Notes under the pieces: model-generated
What the model was told of the DNA's origin: nothing
What the model saw: only the letters and a program-made list of their open reading frames with translations
Databases searched by the model: none
Shown: piece after piece, positions 57,096 through 64,000 of the stretch
How positions within the stretch are numbered: the first letter of the stretch is position 1
Layout of the letters: each line of letters starts with the position of its first letter
Source of the DNA: an uncultured Gammaproteobacteria bacterium
GTDB lineage: Bacteria > Patescibacteriota > Microgenomatia > UBA10105 > UBA927
DNA: 64,000 nucleotides
Direction of reading: 5' to 3'
NCBI GenBank assembly: GCA_964621305.1
Contig: CAZUOM010000004.1
Span: 14,209-78,208 of the forward strand
Position numbers and translations under genes: made by a program

Positions 57096-57836
57096 ATGAA
57101 AGGCGTCATCTTGGCAGGTGGGTTAGCTACACGACTTCGACCCCTTACCCTCGTTACTAACAAGCATCTTTTGCCGGTTTATCACCAGCCGATGATTTAC
57201 TTCCCGTTGACTGCGATGAAAAAAGCTGGCATTAAAGAAGTGCTTCTTACTTCGTCGGCGGATCACTCCGGTCACTTTGCCAATCTGCTCAAAGCCGGTG
57301 AAGATTTTGATCTCAAACTTTATTACGCGGTGCAACAAAATTCCAAGGGCGGGATAGCTGAGGCCATCAAGCTTGCCGAAGAATTTGCCAAGGATCAACC
57401 GATTTTAGTGCTTTTGGGTGATAATATTTTCACTTTTGATCTGGGAAGCGCCTTGAAGCGATATGTAGACAGTGGAAGCAAAGGGGCTGTGGTATTTGGT
57501 GTCCACAAAGACACAGAATCCCGCCAATATGGCGTCATTGAAGTAGACAAAGATGGTAAAGTGCTATCTATTGAAGAAAAACCGGAACATCCCAAGAGTG
57601 ATCTGGCTCAAACAGGTATTTATATTTACGACCAAACCGTGTTTACAAAAATAAAAGGACTGTCTCCGTCGGCACGGGGCGAGCTGGAAGTAACCGGTCT
57701 TAATAACATGTATTTGGACGCCGGTGCTTTGTCGTGTGAGATTATTGATTGGTGGGTTGATGCGGGAACGTCTTTTGATGAACTGCTTGCCGCCAATATG
57801 CAGGTGGCATACATGGTCAAGAAAGGGCAACTGTGA
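57096..57836 (+). CDS. rmlA: Glucose-1-phosphate thymidylyltransferase-like
   Basis: [36 protein letters not shown]. Confidence 0.85.
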   Translation: MKGVILAGGLATRLRPLTLVTNKHLLPVYHQPMIYFPLTAMKKAGIKEVLLTSSADHSGHFANLLKAGEDFDLKLYYAVQQNSKGGIAEAIKLAEEFAKDQPILVLLGDNIFTFDLGSALKRYVDSGSKGAVVFGVHKDTESRQYGVIEVDKDGKVLSIEEKPEHPKSDLAQTGIYIYDQTVFTKIKGLSPSARGELEVTGLNNMYLDAGALSCEIIDWWVDAGTSFDELLAANMQVAYMVKKGQL

Positions 57837-58804
57837 AACTTTTGGTTACTGGCGGGGCTGGATTCATCGGTTCCAATTTTATTCATTACTGGCTTACCAA
57901 TCATTCTGACGATACTATCGTCAACCTCGACAAACTCACATATGCAGGCAACCTCGAGAATCTGGCGGACGTAGCAACAAACCCTCACTATCAATTTATA
58001 AAAGGAGATATCTGCGATGCGGGAACTGTTGCTCGAGCATCTGTGGACATTGAAGTAGTGGTACATTTTGCCGCGGAGAGCCACGTAGACCGCTCGATTC
58101 AGGCAGCAGCCCCCTTTGTGTTGACCAATGTGGTCGGCACCCACATATTGCTGGAGGCGGCTGTTAAGGCTCGGGTAAAACGATTTCATCATATATCTAC
58201 GGACGAAGTGTTCGGATCTCTTGAGCTTGATGATCCGAGTAAATTTACTGAACAAACAAAATATAATCCTAGAAGTCCTTATTCAGCAAGCAAAGCCGCC
58301 TCAGATCATTTAGTAAACTCGTATTTTCATACATTTGGATTACCTATTACCATCACCAACTGTTCAAACAACTACGGTCCGTATCAGTTTCCTGAAAAAC
58401 TCATCGCTCTTGCCGTCACGAACGTTTTAGAGGGGAAAAAGGTGCCCATCTACGGCGACGGAAAATACGTTCGCGATTGGGTTTATGTGGAGGATCACTG
58501 TCGGGCAATAGATGCGGCACTGACAAATGGCAAACCAGGAGAAACGTATTGCGTGGGAGGACTGACAAAAGACATAGACAATCTCACTATCGTTAAAAAA
58601 ATTCTTTCTATCATGGGTAAAGATGAGTCAGCCATTGAATTTGTCAAAGACCGTGCGGGTCACGATCGGCGTTACGCCATTGATTGGACCAAAATTAATA
58701 CAGAGCTTGGTTGGAGTCCGGCTCATGATCTTGATGCGTGGTTAGCAAAAACGGTCGAATGGTATCAGGAGCACGAAGCATGGTGGCGGCGGATAAAACA
58801 ATGA
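57833..58804 (+). CDS. rmlB: dTDP-glucose 4,6-dehydratase
   Basis: [42 protein letters not shown]. Confidence 0.96.
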   Translation: MKLLVTGGAGFIGSNFIHYWLTNHSDDTIVNLDKLTYAGNLENLADVATNPHYQFIKGDICDAGTVARASVDIEVVVHFAAESHVDRSIQAAAPFVLTNVVGTHILLEAAVKARVKRFHHISTDEVFGSLELDDPSKFTEQTKYNPRSPYSASKAASDHLVNSYFHTFGLPITITNCSNNYGPYQFPEKLIALAVTNVLEGKKVPIYGDGKYVRDWVYVEDHCRAIDAALTNGKPGETYCVGGLTKDIDNLTIVKKILSIMGKDESAIEFVKDRAGHDRRYAIDWTKINTELGWSPAHDLDAWLAKTVEWYQEHEAWWRRIKQ

Positions 58805-59664
58805 AAATCATTGGCACCGGCCTTACTGGACTCGTCGGCTCGCGCGTTGTTGAACTTCTTTCCTCTGTTTTTTCTTTTGAAAATCTCAACAGCAGGTCTG
58901 GCGTGGATATTACCAACAGAGAAACGTTGATATCCCGCATTGCCAGCTCTGATGCTACGTGGATTTTTCATTTTGCCGCAAAAACCGACGTCGATGAATG
59001 TGAGAAAGAAAAGGAGTTAGGCAAAGCAAGTGAAGCATGGCGGATCAACGTTGGGGTTACTGAGTCAATTGCTGCAGCCTGCCGCCAGAGGCAAAAACAC
59101 CTTTTGTATATTTCGACAGATTTTGTCTTTGATGGGAAAAAAGATATGTATGTTGAGGAAGACAAGCCTAGTCCTGCTGGATGGTACGCAAAGACCAAAT
59201 ATGAAGGGGAACTCCGGGTGAAAACACTTGAAAAGCTGGGGTTAATAGTCCGTATCGCGTTTCCCTATCGGGCTAAAGTAGAAAAAAAACCGGATTTTTT
59301 GCATCGCATGCTCGCAGTTCTTGAAGGCGGCAAAGATCTGACGGCGCCTTCCGATCAACTATTTGTGCCTACTTTTATTGATGATATCGCTGCCGCCATC
59401 GCAAAACTGGTTGACCAGCAAGCCTTTGGGATATATCACCTCGTCGGTTCACAAGTTCTATCTCCTTATGAGGCCGGGCAAAAGATTGCTGCTGTATTTG
59501 GCTATGATTCAAAGAGAGTGCAAAGCGCACGATTCGTCGATTTTTATCAGAGCCGTGCGCCTCGCCCCTTTTATGGGTGTCTATCAAATGATAAAATAGC
59601 TAAATTCGGCCTAAAAATGTCAACTTTTGACGAAGGACTAGCTGCTATACAGAAACAAATATGA
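58801..59664 (+). CDS. rmlD: dTDP-4-dehydrorhamnose reductase family
   Basis: [25 protein letters not shown]; start ATG 58801. Confidence 0.88.
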   Translation: MKIIGTGLTGLVGSRVVELLSSVFSFENLNSRSGVDITNRETLISRIASSDATWIFHFAAKTDVDECEKEKELGKASEAWRINVGVTESIAAACRQRQKHLLYISTDFVFDGKKDMYVEEDKPSPAGWYAKTKYEGELRVKTLEKLGLIVRIAFPYRAKVEKKPDFLHRMLAVLEGGKDLTAPSDQLFVPTFIDDIAAAIAKLVDQQAFGIYHLVGSQVLSPYEAGQKIAAVFGYDSKRVQSARFVDFYQSRAPRPFYGCLSNDKIAKFGLKMSTFDEGLAAIQKQI

Positions 59665-60959
59665 CAATTGCCTTTGTCGGTCACGGATATGTGGGGCTCG
59701 TTACGGCTGCGGTGTTTGCCGACTTAGGCAACACCGTCTGGGTGGTCGGGCACACCAAAGAAAAAATCGAAAGACTAAAAAAAGGAATTGCACCTTTTTA
59801 TGAGCCTGGTTTGGTAGAGCTTATTGTGCGCAACATAAAAGCCAAGCGCCTTTTTTTTACTATGGATTATGCAGAAGCAGTGCATACTTCCGAGATTATC
59901 TTTATTTGCGTAGGTACGCCATCCGGCTCAAACGGACAAGCGGATCTTAGTAGCGTGTTTGAAGCGGCCAAAAGAATAGGTAGTGCCTTGGTTGGTTATA
60001 AAGTCGTTGTGACAAAAAGCACCGTCCCTCCGGGCACCAACAAAAAAATTGCAGATATCATCAGCAAGATGAAGCCCGATGGCTCATCATTTGTCATTGC
60101 CTCAGTTCCGGAGTTCTTGCGAGAAGGCACTGCCATAGAAGATTCGATGCATCCAGATAGGGTTGTTATCGGAACTACATCAGATCGGGCACAAGAGCTT
60201 CTTGTTGAACTTCATAAATCTATTAACGGAAAGTATGTTTTGTGCAACATCGAGACTGCTGAGCTTATTAAGTATGCATCAAACGCGCTCCTTTCGGTCA
60301 AAATATCCTTTGCCAATGCCATTGCGTTTTTGTCCGATAAGGTGGGTGCAGACGTTGAAAAAGTTTTGGACGGAGTTGGGTTGGATAAACGTATCGGAAG
60401 AAGTTTTCTTTCTCCAGGCGTGGGTTTTGGCGGCAGTTGTTTCCCCAAAGATGTCAAAGCACTGATTGCATTATCCAAGGAGCATGGGTATGACTTTGCT
60501 CTGCTCAAGGCTGTCGAAGAGATCAACCGTCAGGCAGCCGCAGGCTTTGTAGAAAAAATCTCACACCATTTTAAGGACGCGCTCAAGAGAAAAAAGATTG
60601 CAGTTTTAGGTTTATCGTTTAAGCCAAATACCGATGACATGCGTGAGGCGCCATCCATTGAAATTATCACACATTTGCTCAAACTTGGTGCACAGGTGGT
60701 GGCCTATGATCCGGTGGCAATGTCAAATGCCAAAAAAGTTTTGCCGTCCAACGTGGCGTATGCCAAAGATGCATACGCAGCCACCCAAGGAGCAGATGCT
60801 GTGGCAGTGGTAACCGAATGGAACGAGTTTCGCCAGATTGATTTGGTTCGACTGGCCAAAGGACTCAAAAATCGTGTGTTGTTTGACGGGCGCAACGTTT
60901 ATGAACCAGCTCGTGTTAAACGTCTCGGATTTATGTATTATGGAGTAGGACGTATGTAA
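59661..60959 (+). CDS. ugd: UDP-glucose 6-dehydrogenase
   Basis: G.GYVG, VGTP, KSTVP, PEFLREG, GFGGSCFPKD, FKPNTDDMR. Confidence 0.94.
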   Translation: MTIAFVGHGYVGLVTAAVFADLGNTVWVVGHTKEKIERLKKGIAPFYEPGLVELIVRNIKAKRLFFTMDYAEAVHTSEIIFICVGTPSGSNGQADLSSVFEAAKRIGSALVGYKVVVTKSTVPPGTNKKIADIISKMKPDGSSFVIASVPEFLREGTAIEDSMHPDRVVIGTTSDRAQELLVELHKSINGKYVLCNIETAELIKYASNALLSVKISFANAIAFLSDKVGADVEKVLDGVGLDKRIGRSFLSPGVGFGGSCFPKDVKALIALSKEHGYDFALLKAVEEINRQAAAGFVEKISHHFKDALKRKKIAVLGLSFKPNTDDMREAPSIEIITHLLKLGAQVVAYDPVAMSNAKKVLPSNVAYAKDAYAATQGADAVAVVTEWNEFRQIDLVRLAKGLKNRVLFDGRNVYEPARVKRLGFMYYGVGRM

Positions 60960-60977
60960 TTTTTGTAGGGAGAACGA

Positions 60978-61934
60978 ATGGCTAAAAAAGCACTTATCAC
61001 TGGAATTGCTGGATTTGTGGGTAGTCACATGGCCGAATCTTTGCTTGATGAAGGCATGGAGGTTTATGGATTATGCCGGCCACGAAGTAAAACTGATCAC
61101 ATTGGAGGAATTATCGACAAGCTGCATCTGGAAGATGCAGACCTTTTGGATTCTCACAGTTTATACAGCACAATATCTCGCATTAAGCCGGATATGATTT
61201 TTCATCTGGCTGCACAGTCATTTGTGCCAACGTCCTGGGTATCACCGTCGGTTACTCTCGAGGTCAACATTGTGGGATCTTCTAATCTTTTTGAGGCAGT
61301 GCGTATGGCTGGCATTGATCCGATTATCCAAATTGCTGGCTCGTCTGAAGAGTATGGATTAGTCCACTCTGATGAGTTGCCCATTAAAGAAAGCAATCCA
61401 ATGCGGCCATTATCTCCCTATGCGGTTTCGAAATTAGCGATGGACTATTTGGGCTACCAGTATTTTCAGTCTTATAAAATTCGTATCATAAGAACACGAG
61501 GCTTTAACCACACCGGGCCGCGCAGGGGAGAGACATTTGCAGAGTCTAACTTTGCTAAGCAGGTCGCCATGATTGAAAAAGGTAAACAGGAACCCATCAT
61601 ACACGTCGGCAACCTAGAAGCCAGTCGCGATTACACGGACGTGCGGGACATGGTCAAAGCGTATATACTCGCAGTTGAAAAATGCGATTCGGGTCAGTCT
61701 TACAATATCTGCACGGGCAAAGCCATCAAAATCGGCGACTTACTCGATCTCCTTCTTTCATTTTCCAAACTTAGAGTTGATATACAGAAAGATCAGCAGC
61801 GCATGCGACCATCCGATGTACCGGTTTTACTTGGGGACAATAGTAAATTTGTCGCAAAAACTGGCTGGAAACCGGAGATTCCGTTTGAAAAAACTATGAA
61901 AGATCTCCTTGATTACTGGCGTGCTAGGGTATAA
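60978..61934 (+). CDS. GDP-mannose 4,6-dehydratase / Rmd-like NDP-sugar SDR
   Basis: TGIAGFVG, HLAAQSFV, SSEEYG, YAVSK, FNHTGP, RPSDV. Confidence 0.88.
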   Translation: MAKKALITGIAGFVGSHMAESLLDEGMEVYGLCRPRSKTDHIGGIIDKLHLEDADLLDSHSLYSTISRIKPDMIFHLAAQSFVPTSWVSPSVTLEVNIVGSSNLFEAVRMAGIDPIIQIAGSSEEYGLVHSDELPIKESNPMRPLSPYAVSKLAMDYLGYQYFQSYKIRIIRTRGFNHTGPRRGETFAESNFAKQVAMIEKGKQEPIIHVGNLEASRDYTDVRDMVKAYILAVEKCDSGQSYNICTGKAIKIGDLLDLLLSFSKLRVDIQKDQQRMRPSDVPVLLGDNSKFVAKTGWKPEIPFEKTMKDLLDYWRARV

Positions 61935-61940
61935 ATCCAC

Positions 61941-63053
61941 ATGAAAGTCGTAGTCGTACTTCCCACATACAATGAAAGGGAAAGCATTGAAACTCTTCTG
62001 GAACAACTTGTTGCTATAACAGGAAAGCACTCGACACACACATTTATGTTTCTCGTTGTAGACGATGCGTCACCAGATGGAACAGGTCAGTTTGTGGAAG
62101 CGTATAGTAGGCATCACCCGAACGTTTATCTTTTAACCGGAAATAAGGAAGGATTGGGTAGAGCGATTTTGCGCGGCATGAAATACGCGGCAGAAGTACT
62201 GAAAGCAGACATTATCGGCCAAATGGATGCGGATCTTTCTCATGATCCCAACGTGCTTGGAAAATTTATTCAGAAGTATGATGAAGGGTTTCATTTTGTC
62301 GTGGGAAGTCGGTATATTCAGGGAGGATCTATTCCAAAAAACTGGGGTTTGCACCGAAAAATTTTCAGTGTAGTAGGCAATGCTTTTGTACGTTATGGTC
62401 TGGGATTTACGGCCGTGCATGATTGGACTGGCGGGTATCGTCTCTATGCCAGAACATACTATGAACTATCTAGACGCGAGATGGGTAAGCACAAGGGATA
62501 TGTGTTTCAGATTGCCTTTCTTTATAAATCTATACTAAAAGGAGCCAAAGTTGGGGAAGTGCCTATACATTTTTTAGACCGTCGTTTCGGGCATTCTAAA
62601 ATTGCTCCCTCTGAGTATATCCGTGACGTTTTAGTCTTTGTACTCCGCCAACGGATTAAACGACTTATTGTTGGCCCCTTTCTTAAGGTTTGCATAGTGG
62701 GAACGATTGGGTTTACCATTAACACAATACTCCTTGAAACTGTCGTAATTTTAGGTTTTCATCCGACATTTGGCAGTGCCATAGGTGCCGAATTTGCCAT
62801 AGTTTCCAATTTCTTATTGAATAATCACTGGACGTATCGATCAAGGAAAATCATCGGTCTTAGAATCATAAAAAAGTTTTTTCAATTTAATACTACATCA
62901 GTTGGTGCCATACTCTTGCAAGCAGGAACAGTCGCTGTCGGTACGCTTCTTTTTGGTGTTCCAAGCTATCGATTTTTTTATCTCATAGGCGTCGGGTTCG
63001 GTTTGTTTTGGAATTATACGATGTACTCGAGATTGATCTGGAGGCAACGTTAA
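61941..63053 (+). CDS. GT2 polyprenol-phosphate glycosyltransferase fused to GtrA-like domain
   Basis: PTYNE, VDDASPDGT, MDADLSH, GSRY; C-terminal 4-TM NF.LNN.WT. Confidence 0.9.
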   Translation: MKVVVVLPTYNERESIETLLEQLVAITGKHSTHTFMFLVVDDASPDGTGQFVEAYSRHHPNVYLLTGNKEGLGRAILRGMKYAAEVLKADIIGQMDADLSHDPNVLGKFIQKYDEGFHFVVGSRYIQGGSIPKNWGLHRKIFSVVGNAFVRYGLGFTAVHDWTGGYRLYARTYYELSRREMGKHKGYVFQIAFLYKSILKGAKVGEVPIHFLDRRFGHSKIAPSEYIRDVLVFVLRQRIKRLIVGPFLKVCIVGTIGFTINTILLETVVILGFHPTFGSAIGAEFAIVSNFLLNNHWTYRSRKIIGLRIIKKFFQFNTTSVGAILLQAGTVAVGTLLFGVPSYRFFYLIGVGFGLFWNYTMYSRLIWRQR

Positions 63054-63087
63054 CAACATTACCTTATTTTATGATTAAGCTTTTGCC

Positions 63088-64000
63088 ATGATACAAAATC
63101 AACTTCGTGTATCGATCAAAAGAGAACAGGTAATTTTAATCGCGATTATTCTTCTTGCATCGTTTTTTCGTCTCTACAATATTTCTGGCTATATGACATT
63201 TTTGGGGGACGAAGGAAGGGACGCTCTGGTGGTTAAACGGATGATAGTAGATGGTAAGCTTACCCTCTTAGGACCAACGGCATCCGTCGGAGGATTTTTT
63301 CTCGGGCCGATCTACTATTATTTCATGATTCCTTTTTTGTGGCTTTGGAAGATGGACCCAGTAGGCCCAGCGATCATGGTCGCGCTTTTTGGGATTGCTA
63401 CGGTGTATCTGGTATACCGATTTGGTAAAGAGTTATTTGGCGAATATCCTGCCCTTCTTGCTGCCTTACTTTATGCGCTATCGCCTGTAGTCATCGCATA
63501 TTCTCGGTCCTCTTGGAATCCGAATTTGGTACCCTTTTTTTCAACACTCCTACTCTACCTACTCTACCGCGCAGTAAGTCGTAAACAATGGCGGCTGATT
63601 TTTCCCATCGGAATCATTATTGGCATCGGGTTACAACTCCATTATCTATTTTTATTTCTTATCGTTCTTACAGTTGCATGGTTTATTCTATGGGGGCGAA
63701 AAACGTCACTCCTACGTTTTTATGGAATAGGACTGGTTGGGTTTGTCGTCGGTTATGGACCATTTCTCCTTTTTGAGCTAAGACACGGATTTCCCAATAC
63801 CCATGCGATCACCCAATTTCTTCTTACTGGCAATGAGACAGGCTTTTCCTTGCTTACATTTTTGTCAAATATTCGCGACGTAAGTTACCGACTATTTGCT
63901 CGACTTGTTTTGCGCCATCCTCAACCTGAAATATGGATCTCTGTCCCACACTGGCAACAAGCCCTTTGGAATATAAGTGCTCGATTGATACTAGCGCTTT
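63088..64000 (+). CDS. ArnT/PMT-like (GT-C) membrane glycosyltransferase, 3'-partial
   Basis: Hand translation from ATG 63088: FRLYNISGYMTFLGDEGRD..LGP..GPIYYY..SRSSWNPN; missing from ORF track, presumably because it runs off the edge. Confidence 0.85.
   Translation, partial: MIQNQLRVSIKREQVILIAIILLASFFRLYNISGYMTFLGDEGRDALVVKRMIVDGKLTLLGPTASVGGFFLGPIYYYFMIPFLWLWKMDPVGPAIMVALFGIATVYLVYRFGKELFGEYPALLAALLYALSPVVIAYSRSSWNPNLVPFFSTLLLYLLYRAVSRKQWRLIFPIGIIIGIGLQLHYLFLFLIVLTVAWFILWGRKTSLLRFYGIGLVGFVVGYGPFLLFELRHGFPNTHAITQFLLTGNETGFSLLTFLSNIRDVSYRLFARLVLRHPQPEIWISVPHWQQALWNISARLILAL

Overview
The window reads as ordinary chromosome of a small-genome bacterium. Gene content, compact proteins, many apparently leaderless genes and short in-frame tandem repeats suggest Patescibacteria (CPR), probably Microgenomates; this assignment is inference. 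The standard bacterial code is used (TGA = stop). The housekeeping backbone includes recJ (partial), aspS, gltX, era, lon, greA, lysS, serS, secA, ruvCAB, prfB, ftsEX, tsaE/C/B, a SUF Fe-S operon linked to two ferredoxins and a 2-oxoacid:ferredoxin oxidoreductase, and an rml/ugd/glycosyltransferase cluster running off the right edge. Interspersed are four toxin-antitoxin modules, a Gld-like ABC system and several deletion-scarred pseudogenes. The most striking feature is at 8306-8567 (minus strand): a tRNA-Gln(CTG)-like gene split into four segments by three hairpin-forming inserts (D-loop, anticodon loop, T-loop), with the anticodon-loop insert containing a second, complete tRNA-Gln(CTG). Other features not captured by the ORF track are a (CTT)9 tract in a promoter spacer upstream of a type-I-toxin-like 44-aa membrane peptide, a 36-aa metallothionein-like peptide and an attenuator-controlled cassette of small ORFs. 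Notable proteins include a CE-clan (Ulp1-like) protease, a kinase split at a G-run and a circularly permuted M23 peptidase. No CRISPR array, rRNA, transposase or prophage was seen. All calls come from reading motifs by eye; no database search or folding computation was run.
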